From the NCBI GenBank assembly GCA_963693365.1, contig CAVNZM010000001.1:8324907-8388906 (forward strand): a DNA stretch of 64,000 nucleotides. The letters are read 5' to 3'. This document shows positions 48,417 through 61,331 of this stretch, in pieces. How positions within the stretch are numbered: the first letter of the stretch is position 1; each line of letters begins with the position of its first letter. Below the pieces are notes generated by a model. The model was not told the origin of the DNA, made no database searches, and saw only the letters and a list, made by a program, of their open reading frames with translations. This DNA comes from Amoebidium appalachense (lineage: Eukaryota; Protista; Ichthyosporea). A program made the translations under genes and the position numbers.

Positions 48417-48730
48417 ACGGGCGTGCGCGCGTGTATGTACACGGGCATGCTCGTGGGCGTGCATGAGCGTGTTTGCAGTGTGTGTGTGAAAATATGTGTG
48501 CGCACGCGTGTGTGTGCCTGTGCCTGTCCGTTTCTGTGTACAAAATTTATCCTATGTGCGCTCATACACACTCACCATGCCATGCTCTTACACCGGAAAA
48601 GCAGTTTCAAAGAGGCTGGGGATAAGGTAGGCTGGCAGTTGTGTGTGTGTGCATATGTGGGTCCGTGCATGCGGGTGTGTGTATGCATCCGGCATTCCCC
48701 CCTCCCCCCCCCCCCCCCCCCCCCCCCCCC

Positions 48731-49383
48731 TTGGCGACAGCTCCCTTGGAACCCATGCGGCATGTTACCCGCCGGCGTAACATAACTCGGACTATCGGTT
48801 TGGCTTTTTTCAAGCCCAAAGCAATGGGTGATACCATATTTCCGGCTGACATCCGGGGGCATAGCTTTCCGTTCGAAGACGATAAAGTTCCGCCCTAGTA
48901 AGCGTGTTACTACCCTGCGGCGTGGGTCAAATCTCATATTTTCCCCTCTGATTACGAATTCTGTGGCCTTCGGGACTTAATTCTTTTCAGCTGGTGTAGT
49001 ATGTTAGCCAGGGAAGTATCGACTTAGGTATCGACGGGGGAGCTTCCTAGAAGCCCCGTCTCCTGAGTTCCTATCTATATTTTTCTTGCTTCTGCTTACT
49101 GCTGCAACTTTAACCCCCGGCCTTTCCCACTGCCCTTGCCTGCATAAGCAACCCTGCTCGTCTCTGATCAAGACGGGTGACCTACTCATGTTCAAGTGAA
49201 ACAGTATCTGAGTTGGGTTTCGTTAACGAGGGGAATAGGTCGAAACTCGGGTACTGTGGATGACGTGGGCCCCCCCTGAGGATGGGCTCTGCTTATTATG
49301 CATACTCTTTATGTATGGCTTGCATTCTGCATCGTGTTATCCGTTTGTTCTTGTGTACTTCGTACTTTTTGACGCATTCAAAA
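48731..49383 (+). mobile_element. Poly-C-inserting element, subfamily A, longest copy (~650 bp, no long ORF)
   Basis: Bounded by C-runs; the 3' ~340 bp match the 34604-34946 copy; the 5' part is unique in this window and rich in hairpins. Confidence 0.8.
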
Positions 49384-49709
49384 CCCCCCCCCCCCCCCCC
49401 CTGTGTGTGCATGCGTGTGTGTGGGGGGGGGAGGGGAGGGGGGGTTCTGCAATAGTGTGATTGGTTGCTGACTGGGGGGTTTGGCAGCAGGCACGTGAGG
49501 AGAAGAGGAGACATGGCATGAATGTCGGCAGGGTGGTGTGTAGGCCCCTGCCTGTGGCTGGGGCGGCCCATTGGGGTGCCATAAATAGACCTGACGGCTA
49601 TTAATAGACTAGGCCGGGGCCATTTAACCCCTTTGCAACGTACCCACACTTTTCCTCGAAATGGCTACATGCATGTTTAGTATTGCATATATAGGCCCAT
49701 CTGGGCCCA

Positions 49710-49749
<40 letters not shown>

Positions 49750-49967
49750 CCCCCCTAATGTTTAGTAATACATAGGTCTGTGTGGGCCTATCCCTTCACC
49801 TTCCCCCTCCCCCCTCCCTCCCTCCCGTCCCTCCTCCCCCCTCCCCTCTCCTTCCCCCCCCCCCACCCCCCCCCCCTCCGCCCCTCTGCTCTACACCAAC
49901 CACCACCACCACCACCACCACCCACCACACGTGCACACACACGCACGCGCGCACACACACGCACGCA

Positions 49968-50019
<52 letters not shown>

Positions 50020-50529
50020 ACTATACCACCATGTCCACAAAAAAGGGGGGCGGAGGGGGAGAGGGGGGATCAGAAGAAACAAAGAAATGAATACCAATGG
50101 AAGGAAAACAAACCTGTGTAGTAGTTGATTCAGGGAACTGTGTACTTGTTTGCGTGTGTGCGGGTTTTTTGTACACAGGTGTGCTCGCTTTTGATTTTGT
50201 TTTTTCGCTCCATCACGGTGGGGGGAAGGGGGGGGGGGGGGGCATATGTGTGTTTGTACGTGTTGGGTGTCCAAGTTTGCTGCTGGCATGCGCACAAGTC
50301 CAAGTTTGTCGAATTTTTTCCGAGCCCATTGTCAGTTGGATCGAAATCTTTTTTGTGATCATAGCGGCAGGACCATATAAAGGTCCGTGTGTGTACATGT
50401 GCACTTGCGGTGAATTGTTCAATATGTTGTGTGTATGTCGTACGCTTGTGTTCTATAAGTAGTGGCAGTGGTGGGGTGGGGTGTTGTGTTTGTATGTGTG
50501 CGGGTGTGTGTGTGTGGGGGGGGGGGGGG

Positions 50530-50642
<113 letters not shown>

Positions 50643-51367
50643 TTTTTTTGTTTTTAGATATTATCATCGGGATCCTGAGCCGTGCCAGTTAATGGTTTGA
50701 AACTTGGTGCACAGGACTCACGTGTGTGCATCCTCAGGGAAATAACACACGTTGATTTATTTACATAGCCAGTGGGCTGCCTGGCGCAGAAAACTTTAAC
50801 GTCTGACAGCTGGCCAGAATACATGTCCTAGATCATGCAAACATACAAGTCATCGACAGCACAACATAAGCTACATCAACGTAGGGGCTGTCTGGTGCCA
50901 CATGTGCCTCCCAGGCCTGCTGGTAGCACACACTTCATTAATTATTCAAATTTGATCCTGTGCCCCAAAAACCTAGCATCAAACTTACCCAACCTGGCCT
51001 AACCTGAGCAAGGGCTACATGCCTTTACGCCTACCAAAGAGAGGGTCAAAACCTGAGCCTCCAACCCTCCCCCCTCCCCCCCCCCCCCTCCCCCCCCCCC
51101 CTTCCCCCCTTTCCCCGGCCACTCCCTCCGTCCTTTCAAGACTCTCCCTCCCTCCCTCCCTTCCCCCCCCCCCCCCCCTCCCCCTCCCTCCCCCCCCTCC
51201 CTCCCCCCAGCTCCCTTCCTCCATAGTACACACCCACGTTGATCCACCAACCTCAACATGCCCTCTACGCACTGTCAGTTAACGTAAGACCGAGCCCCAT
51301 CTCTCCTTGCCTAGCATGGCCCCATTTCAAACCCACCAAGAGCACACCTACACATAACACCAACCCG

Positions 51368-51980
51368 CTATGACCCCACCTCCCCCTCCTGAGGCACAAA
51401 CACCCCCCCTTCCACATTCTCTGCCCATCTCCGTGCGGCACTCTTTATGTGTGAGTTTGTGAAGGCCTCCCCACGCAGCCACACCTGTCCATCACCCTCT
51501 ATCGGCGCACGCGAGCCGGTCGGGTGTCGTGCCTGCAACGCGGCCACCTGTGTGGGGGAGAGGGACTCTGCGGCGGGGAGTAGGCGCATGAGGCGCGTGC
51601 GTGTTTGTGTGTCGAGGTGTGGCCATAGGTCGTTCACAGCAATGGGGGTTCTCTAACATGTACTCCGCAAATGTTGACCCGGGTGCTGTAACTGCAAGTT
51701 GCTGCTCTTTCTCTAGACCTGTGTCGCGAAGTTGCCGAAAGGATTCAAACACTGATGCAGGGTTTATGTCCGGTAGGGTGGAAGGGAGGGAAGCAGTTAT
51801 AAACGTAACATCTTTTTCAATGTCTGCTTCGGGTGGTATGGGCTCGGGTTTTCCACGGCGAACAAAAGCGCGATTGGGGTCATGTTGGGCTAGCACCTCA
51901 CAGCGTTTCTTGTTTTTGCAACCACGACACCAGGATGATGGATTACCTGGTTGAACAGCGCGGCACGACTTGACACTCAT
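51368..51980 (-). CDS. C-clamp-like Cys4 motif plus ASXH/DEUBAD domain protein, split by a 1-nt frameshift at 51644-51648
   Basis: ORF 51492-51980 carries KSCRA..WCRGCKNKKRC and ..APGSTF. Overlapping ORF 51368-51637 carries LWPHLD..RLMRLLP..DGQVWLRGEAFTNSHIKSAARRWAENVEGGVF. Deleting one C joins the two. Confidence 0.7.
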
Positions 51981-52565
51981 AGTGGTGGTGGATGTGGGAG
52001 CAAGGGGGGGGAAGGATCGGGAACATGGACGAGGATGATCGAACGTGTTGTCTTTGGTAGTGTAGGCTGTATACGTAAGGCAGCGTAGTAATAATAGTAC
52101 GTGTGCGTAATTGTGTGTGTTTTGTGTGTGTCCACGCGCAACCCCTTGGGTGCATGTGTGTTTGTGCTATTTGGTGTATACAATGGCCTCGCTGTGTGTA
52201 TGTGTGTGTGTGTGTGTATGTGTGTGAAAACGGGTAGGTTACAGCACGGCGTGCATGTATCAGAGGTTACTGTGGTTGCGTGCTAGTGTGAAATAAACCG
52301 TTTTAGAAAGGAGTGCCTCTGTTCAAGTATCTCTAGGTGCACTGTGTATTGGTTTACGCCAACTTCAGCAATACAAATACACCAAGCTTGTGCAGCACCC
52401 CGTCGTCAGAAACCCTTTTCCGCGAAGGGTGTACGATCCTACATATATGTACAGCCTGCAACTTTCCTCTCGAGCAGTCGAGCTCCTCTGCCGAGTTTTA
52501 CCGAGAGGCCCGCTAAAATAGTGTCAGGGAACGATCTTGATCTTGGCGCCAAAATGCCTCAACAA

Positions 52566-52570
52566 CCAAT
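52566..52570. promoter_or_regulatory. CCAAT (NF-Y) box between divergent genes
   Basis: AACCAATCAG. The same core also occurs at 17687, 24786 and 37886, each upstream of a gene start. Confidence 0.45.
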
Positions 52571-52787
52571 CAGAAAGCCAAATCTGAAATTTTGCACACC
52601 CCGGTCCCTGGTTGCCTGGCCCCTGGCCGGCACTGAGAGCTCATGTGCCGATGCTTAGGGTTTAGTTTTTCATAGTCAGAAGTTGGATACAAGTTGCAAG
52701 TACCTTTGTTCTCATGGGTATGCCTTTAGCGAGCGCCAAAACCTCCACCACATGACTATTTAGCCAGCCTGCGCGTACGTTGCCACC

Positions 52788-54389
52788 ATGGCGGACTGCA
52801 CTGCTGTTACCGGGCCCCTCGTGTCTGTGATTATGCCAGTATACAACGCAGGGCCATTTCTGGAAGAAGCTCTAGCTTCCGTCGCCAGCCAGACTTACCG
52901 CCCCCTGCAGCTCTCAGGTTTGGATTCCCTTCCCCCTCCCCACCCCCCCCCCCCCCACCCCCCACCCCACCCCGCCCCCCCCTCCTTCCCTGCCCCACCA
53001 AAAAAAAAAAAGAAAGAAGGAAAGAAAAAGGACCACCAACCACTTGTGCAACACCCTCAACGTAGGCTATCCACTACTCCCTCTACCCAAAACATGGGCC
53101 CCGTTCCCCCCTTTCCCCCCTCCCCCCCCCCCGCCCCCTTCCCTCCCCCCGCCCGCACCAAAAAGGAAAACTTGGAAATGGCTTCTGCCCAAGTTGCCCA
53201 CCTCTTCTGTGCTGTATGCCTTTACGGTATACAGCACCCTGCTTTCCCGCGCTTGCCTGTGTGCACGTACCCTGCAAACTATGGAAAAGAAAAGTTGCCG
53301 TATACAATCGCCCTTTTTATCCCTTTCACATTATGTTCACATTTCACCTTGTAGGTGGTTGTTTATGCTCTTGCATTTCAATTGGTTGTTTGCTGCCCAT
53401 CCAAGTCGAAAAAACCTAATCTTTTTCCTGCAGTCTATAACGATGCAAGCACCGATAACAGCCCATCCATCCTGGAAAGCCATCGAGCTGTGTTGGAGGC
53501 GGCAGGGGTTGACTTGGTGATGAATAGCGGCCCAGGGGCTCCCAAAGGCTGCGGATATGCCTGCAATAGGGCAGTAGAGCAGGCAACGGGGCAATGGTTA
53601 TGTTTTCTGGACGCTGACGATGTCATGTTACCTGAGCGAGTGGCATTGCAACTGCGGCTAGCCACAAGTTATCCACATGCCCTCACCATTCACGAGACAC
53701 CAAGTGAACCCCCACCCACACAACCACCACTTATTGTGGGCTGCAATTTGCAACGAATTCCGGTTGATGCAACGCCTCGTTACACTGCTTGGCTCAACCG
53801 TCTGGACAATGTTACGCTCATGACCCAGCGATTTCGCGAATGCACAATAGCCAAACCAACATGGTTCATGCACCGAGACGTGTTTGACGCAGTGGGCGGG
53901 TTTGACGAAGGCGGTAGGGGGGTACCAGAGGATCTCATGTTTTTCTACCGCCACTTGGAATTGGGTGGTGGGTTGGCAAAAGTACCCCAGGTGCTATTGA
54001 GCTACAGGAGGCACCCAGACGCACAGAGCCTAGGCGTACCCGCCGACACAATATGGGCTGTGAGATTAGGCGCATTGCAGAGACAAGTTCTATCTAAATG
54101 GCCGACATTTAGCATATGGAGTGCAGGGAGGGATGGGAGAAGACTATACAGAGATTTGCCGTTGGAGTTGCAAAAGAAGGTTGTGTGTTTCTTGGACGTG
54201 GATGCAAAGAAATTGGCGCTAGGGCACTATTTCCACCACCCCACACGGAGGAATGTCCCCGTGAGGCCTTACACGGATGCGAAGCCCCCGTTTGTGACTT
54301 GTGTTAAGCTGGACCTACACGATGGGTTTGAAACGAACGTGCGTGCATTAGGGCTGAATGAGGGTGAGGATTTCTATTACTTCTGCTAA
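52788..54389 (+). CDS. B3GNTL1: GT2 glycosyltransferase, QTGAL/B3GNTL1-like (queuosine-tRNA galactosyltransferase); exons 52788-52917 and ~53433-54389
   Basis: Motifs VSVIMPVYNA, NDASTD, LCFLDADDVM, TPRYTAWLN, PTWF, GVPEDLMFFYRHL, IWSAGRDGRRLY, FLDVD, CVKLDL, LNEGEDFYYF. Confidence 0.9.
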
Positions 54390-54619
54390 CAGGTCAATGG
54401 CAATGTGAACCTTATAACTCTACAACTGCTTGACACTTGAAGTGTGTCGTCCACCAAGTTCTGCTAGCTAGCTGTTGCAAAGAATCTTCAGCAACTCAAT
54501 AAAACATTTCCTTTGATTTCTAGCATGGCCATGATGCCAGCATGTTTATTCTCCTCTCTGCCACAATTGTGCAATTGCTGCCAGCACGTTGGTGTAAATT
54601 GCATGTGCCGGTGCCTTGA

Positions 54620-54669
54620 CGATTAGGCGCGCAGGACCAAGCTGCGATTAGGCGCGCAGGACCAAGCTG
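54620..54669. repeat. 25-bp tandem duplication spanning the NAE1 stop codon
   Basis: cgattaggcgcgcaggaccaagctg occurs twice in tandem. Confidence 0.9.
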
Positions 54670-55596
54670 CTGTTCTGTATGCCGTTGTACACGAGGGTGT
54701 TGTTGAGAGGCACAAACTGCCGTGTCAAAACCTTGACTGCCTCCTGTTATTGGCCACACCAAGTGTTATTGCTTCTCCATCTCCGTCGACTCCCCCCCCC
54801 CCCCCCCCCCCCCCCCCCCCTACCCCAACCACACACACATACCCCTCTCTCCCCCACAGTCTCCGAGCTTCTTACCACCACCACCCCAACGCATCCCCCC
54901 CCCCTCCCCACCTCCTCCCCACACACTCCCTTCTCACCTCCCCCTCCCCCCCCCCCCCCCCCTCTACACACACACACACAAACTCCTTTTCTCTCAACAT
55001 CGAAACACAAACCGCCCTCTTCCACCCCTTCCACCCCACACACACACAATACTCGACTCTCGGCACCACGGAAGATGCAACTTTATCACTCCCTCCCCCC
55101 CCTCCCCCCTCCCCCCACCCCCCAAAGACACCACCGTCACCCCATTCCTCCCCCCTCCCCCCAACCACACACAACACACTTCCACTCACCTGTGCACCAA
55201 TACCGCCCATGACTGCAGCCACACTGTGCAGCTCTGCTGCCCCGTACCGGCACCTGGAGGGGGGGGGTAAGGTCATAAATATCCCTGTAACAATCCCCAC
55301 CCAGCCGGGGACCTAAAAGAAACTATAGATGTCACTTCCGAATATTATGGATTCAGGAGATACTTGTATCAATCCCTGATTACTCCTATCGGGAGAGGGG
55401 GGAGAGGGGGGGGAATGTTGTAAAGGAAAAGAATTGCACATTCACAACGGACAACAAAACGCAGATCAAACAGTACATACAAAGAGGTGCATCCTAAGCA
55501 GAGTCCATTCTCAGGGGGTAGGTGGGTTGGTGTGGAGTGTGGGTGTGTGTGTGTGCCCACGTGTGTGGAAGAGGGGACACGGAAAGGGGGGGGGGT

Positions 55597-55633
<37 letters not shown>

Positions 55634-56160
55634 GCGCACATTTCAGCAGCGTAATCCTCCGGTACTGTGTGTTGCAGTTGCATGGCTGCAAGGATACTGT
55701 TTGCATCTTCAAGCAGTACTTGGGTGTCACTGGCCAGCTGGGCATCATCCTCACTGGTCACTGCATGGCCATGCAGTCAGTCAGAATGCCGCAGGAATAT
55801 CATCTGAATAATATCTTCACAAGTGCTTGCTCGTGCACACCTTGCGGTCAGGATTCTGTAGGAATATCGTCTGAATAATACTTTGAAGAGCATCGTAGAA
55901 GTATCCAAGAAACTGTATTTTATGTTTGCCACAGCATGCACATCCACACCTTGAAGTCATAGGAATAACATCTGAATGATATGTTGGCCACCAGCACCGA
56001 CATGTAGTCAGAATATCGTATGAATATGGCCTGAACACTAGGTTCACACACTGTATGCACATGTAAACCATGTCAGCATCCTGTAGGATATCATCTGAAT
56101 ACTATGTTCCCACACCCCATCACTTCACTAATGCCACAAGCCCCCTCCCTCCCCCCCCCC

Positions 56161-56191
<31 letters not shown>

Positions 56192-57209
56192 ACACACACA
56201 CCCGGGGATGGTTGTAACCTCCTTCCTTTTCCCACCCCACCAATACAGTATTGTTATCCGGTGGACCTGAAACGTCGGGTGGGAGCGGGTGCGGTGCGGA
56301 GGAGGTTTTTGTGCATGTGCTTGTGTATCGAAGAAAAGCGGACGAAGCAAGGGGGAGGGGGGGGGGGGGAAGGGGGGGAGGGGGGGTGTTGTTGAGCACA
56401 TACATTGGCCCGGGTAGCGACCGTGTGTCTGTCGGAACTGCATTGCTGCACGCAGCAGCACATACCAGTTGACCGTGTCCTGCCCACACTCGTAGCACGT
56501 GCCTGCACCACCCTTCAGCATCCATCCCCTCCCTCTCCCCTCCTCCTCCCACCCCCCAAACCCCATTCTCACACCCGCACACCCACACACAACGCACACT
56601 CACCCACCACCCAACCCCTTCCCCTACCTCCCCCCACCTCCCCCCCCGGGCACACACACACAAACACACCCACCCACCCCCCCCAACACACACACCGATC
56701 CACCCTCACCCCCTCCCCCCGCCCTCCCCCCCCCCACCCTCCCCGCGAACACAACACCCACCCAACCACCCACCACCCACCCACCCACCCATCCACACAC
56801 ACACACACATCCCACGCACACACACACACACACGTACCCACAGCCTGGCTAGCCTGCTCATTGTTGCTATGCTCCTGTGCCACACTTCTGTATTGCAGTA
56901 CCCGCAGGTTTGTTGCATTCTTGCAGAACAGACGAATCTCACTGTCTTTAATCGTGTCCGACATCTGAACACACCGTCTCAGTTGCTACACACCATATTC
57001 AAACCCCCCCCCCCCCCCCCCCCCCCCCCCAGCTCTTCTCTCAACCCGAAAACCCTGCTCCCTTCCTCCCCAACCATCCTATCCTCCTTCATCCGATTTA
57101 GCTTTCTCTCCCTCTCTCGCACCCCCTTCACCTCCCCCTTCCCCGCTCTGGCAATTTCCAACCCTCCCCTCCCCATCCTCCTCTCCCCCCCGTCCAGGCG
57201 CCCCCTCCC

Positions 57210-57240
<31 letters not shown>

Positions 57241-57600
57241 GACCACCACCACCACACACACATACAGACACGGTTCCTGCCCCTATTTCACACACCTACA
57301 CAACCATTTACCATCCCAAAGCCCCTCCATCCCCTCCCGCTCCCCCCTTTATCCCCACCGCTCTACACACAACCTCGGGTACATGCGTACGTGCACGCGC
57401 ACACGCACAAGTACACGTACACACTTAGACATGTACACACACTCACATACACACACACACAGACGCTTGCATACGGGCCACACAGACACACGGCCCCCAA
57501 CGCATACATACACAAACACACACGTGCACACACACGTGCGCGCGCGCACGCACACGCACGCATACGTGCACGCGCACACATACAACACACACACATACAC

Positions 57601-57638
<38 letters not shown>

Positions 57639-57808
57639 ATACACACACACACACACACACACCAGGTCCACGTCAGCCAGTAGCTGGTGTACCCTTGCCG
57701 TCACTGCGTCCGCATCTCGTCTGGCCCTCTCGCTGAACCTGAGGGGGGGTGGGGGGAGAAAGGAGGGTTCAGTATCCACCCAACCACTGTACGTGTTTCT
57801 CTCCCTCT

Positions 57809-57852
<44 letters not shown>

Positions 57853-57941
57853 CCTCTCCCTCTCCCTCCCTCCCCTCCCCCCCTCCCCCCCCTCCCTCCC
57901 ACCCACCCCTCCCACCCTCCCTCAGTTCCTCCCTCCCACCT

Positions 57942-58005
<64 letters not shown>

Positions 58006-58541
58006 CTCCCCTCCTCATCTCTCTCTCTCCCCCTCTCTCTCTGTGTCTGTGTGTGTGTGTGTGCACGCACGTGTATGTGTGTGTGCGCGCGCGCGTGCCC
58101 GCACACGTGTATAGAAATGATCGTTTCCTTCTAGTGAAAATGTGTGTGAGGGACGGACGGCGCGGGTGAAGTAAATAACGATGTATGATGTACAGAAGGT
58201 ATACACAAGATTAACCAACACATGCAGGCCACCTTTGGGGGGGGGGGGGGGGGGGGGAGAAGGAGGGGGGGAGGGGAGGGGGAGGAGGGGGGTGGGGGAG
58301 GCGGGAAGAACGGAAAGTTTGTGCACGTGGGAGTGGTTTTTCAATGTGTAAGTGAGGATGTGTTTGTGTGTAATCTTTGAGTGTGCTTTTAGTACCTATG
58401 AGAAAAGCAAGCACGCACAGAGAGTATGCACAAGTAAAGCCCATATTTGAGAAGGGAGAGAGAGGGTTGCGGGGCAGGCGGGGCGGACGCGCGGGGCAGG
58501 GGGGGGGGGGGGGGAGGGGGAGAGGGAGGGGGGGGGGGGGA

Positions 58542-58592
<51 letters not shown>

Positions 58593-58840
58593 TAAATCAC
58601 GGACACTCTTTGCAGGCCGATGTATGATGCGGAGTCGGAGAACATGTCGGGAAGGCTGCCCTTGAGGGGTAGTTGGCCCCCATTGTCCTGTTGGGTGAAG
58701 TCACGTACAGCCCTGGCCAGGAAGAAGAACCGCGCACTCTGTGTGCACAAAGGTGAGTATATGTGCACGTGCACACGACATCCTTCTCTCAGAAAAGCAC
58801 GTATACACATACACATACTCATGCACACACACACTCCCAC

Positions 58841-58882
<42 letters not shown>

Positions 58883-59184
58883 CATACACGCGCATGCACC
58901 TACACGCGCACACCTGCACACACACACACACACACAGACACAATCACAAACACACAAATACATTATAGACAAGCACACACACAAATACACAAATACACAC
59001 ACGCATGCACGCACACACACACACACACACACGCACACACACAGGACCGTGCAACCTGGCCATTCCCCTCACCCCACCTCCCCATTCCCATTATATAAAA
59101 GCACCTCTGTGCAACGAACTGCACACTACCTCCTTCCTCATCACTCCCTGCCCCTCCTCCCCCCCCCCCCCCCCCCCCCCCCCC

Positions 59185-59247
<63 letters not shown>

Positions 59248-60734
59248 CACCCACCTCCCTGGTCAGGTTGTCGAGCTGTGGCAGTGCAAAAACCTCCGCG
59301 ACCTCACTGGGTATCTGCACACAGTGTCAGCACACACGCGGGAGACAGGGGAGAAGAAAGGGAAAGGGGGGAAGGGGAGGGGGGGGGGGAAGTATGTGGG
59401 TGTGGGAGTGGGTACGTGTGCTTGTGTGTTTGCGTGTTTGCATGTTTCTGTGGGTGGGTGCGTGTTTGTGTGGGTCCGCAGGTGTGTAGGTGTGTTTGTG
59501 TTGACATGTTTGTGTTTTTGTGTGCGTGGGTATGTGTGTGTGTTTGTACGGGTGCAATGTAACTACAACTTGTGTGCTCTTAGAGATAGGTGAGTCCAAA
59601 TAGGTGGGTGTAAGCTATGTACTAGTGATGGTGATAGTGGTAACGACAGGTGGTGGTGGTGAAAGGGGAAATGAAATGCATTTGGAATGGGCAACACAGT
59701 TCAGAAAATGAAGGTCGACCACGGAAAATGGGCAGTGGAGATATGCAAAGATGAAAACACGTGCATGCAAGCACACACACGCCAACAGTACGCCGCCACG
59801 TACCCCCCCCTCCCCCCTCTGCCTTCCCACCTCAAAAAAAAAAAACAATGAAAAAAAATAGAAATAAATAAAACATACACACGCACCACATACACACACG
59901 CGCACAAGTAACCTTAGACACCAGCAAAAAGAACCCACTCACCCTTGTTGGCATGAAGGCCTTTGTGACGTTTGTGCTTGCCTCATCGTAGTTTTCCTCC
60001 GTGTAGTGCGGCTTGGCAGGCGACGCCCGGCGCCCTAAACAACAGTGCAAACAGTGATTCAGTGAAGTGCAAACAGTGATTCGGTAAGGAGAACACACAG
60101 TAATGGTGTGGGTAATACCATGTCCATCGTTCACAGGCCAATTCACAACTCTGCTACACTAGAAAACAACACTAACAAGCAAGGACACTAAACTAACCCC
60201 ATGTTTGATAGCGAACGCGCCAGGGGGAAGGGGAGGGGGAGGGGGAGGGAGGGGGGTAGAGGTAGAAGATGTTACAGTGTATGAAGTACACAATCATGAC
60301 GGACAACAGAGTGCAAAGTGTTGCCGACAAAAGAAGAAGAAGAAGAAGAAGAAGAAGAAGAAGAGGCTCACACACAAAGCGCATGGATTATAAGACGGGG
60401 GTGGGGTGGAGTGGGATGAGCTGGAGAAGTGTGTGTGCATGGGTGTGCAGGGGAGGAGGTGGTGGTGGTGAGGTGGGGGGAGGAGGAGGGGGGAAGGGTA
60501 GGGGGGGATACTAACCCGAATTCAGCAGTGTCTTGAACTCAGCCTTCTCCTCCTTTGTGCGAGGCATGGCACCATTGTGCTGCAGTCACGTGCTCAGTGC
60601 CCAATCATGTGTCCACGTGTCTTTACTCTTCCCCTTTAATCCACCAATCCCCCGCTTCCTACGCCAACTGCACAAGCATGCATGCACGTGCAAGCAGGAA
60701 GGCGGGCAGGCGGACGAATGGGCAGGCAGACATG

Positions 60735-60774
<40 letters not shown>

Positions 60775-61300
60775 CACACACGCACACACACACACACACA
60801 CACCTGCTCCTTCCACACGGCCAGGGCATGCAGCAGCAGTAGCAGCCACGGCACCTGCCTGTGCTTGTCGTCCGGCAGGTTGGTTAGGTCGAACTGCGCC
60901 GCATATGCTGTGTTCCATGCAGTTAGTTAACAACAACAACAACAGCAAACCGGAAACAACCAACAAGAAAAGCACCAACAACAGCAGCAGTACCAGAAGC
61001 AAACAACAATAAGAACGGCCTAATCCTCATATACGTCCCTCGTCCAACTGAAAAAAACATACACACACGAATCAATTTGACAGGAACAAAAACAAAATAC
61101 TACATTCTCTTTACACTTTCAACAGGAGGAAAGAAGAAAAAGGACTATTGGCCCGAAAAAGGAATGTGATTGCCTGAAGCCACCTCTTGAGTTTCATGCT
61201 AACCGCAAACACCAAGTGCATTGTCAACTTTCCCGAAACCCCCCCTCCCCTCGCGCCTCTCACCCTCCCTCCCACAACCCTTCTCCCCCTCTTCCCCCCC

Positions 61301-61331
<31 letters not shown>

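Noticed and set aside
48820-49035. Tyrosine recombinase or RLE endonuclease remnant (GHSF, TLRRG)
   Set aside because: The motifs are short, lie in different frames and are surrounded by stops; no catalytic pattern is recoverable.
49200-49290. Hammerhead ribozyme (GAAAC..GTA and CTGAGGA are present)
   Set aside because: The core motifs are not flanked by compatible stems I and II, and GAAACTC is taken up in a different, covarying helix.
52654-52664. Telomeric repeat TTAGGGTTTAG
   Set aside because: A single unit only, compatible with chance or a promoter motif.
55793-56104. CRISPR array
   Set aside because: Eukaryotic intron, degenerate repeats, very unequal and partly similar spacers, and no cas genes.
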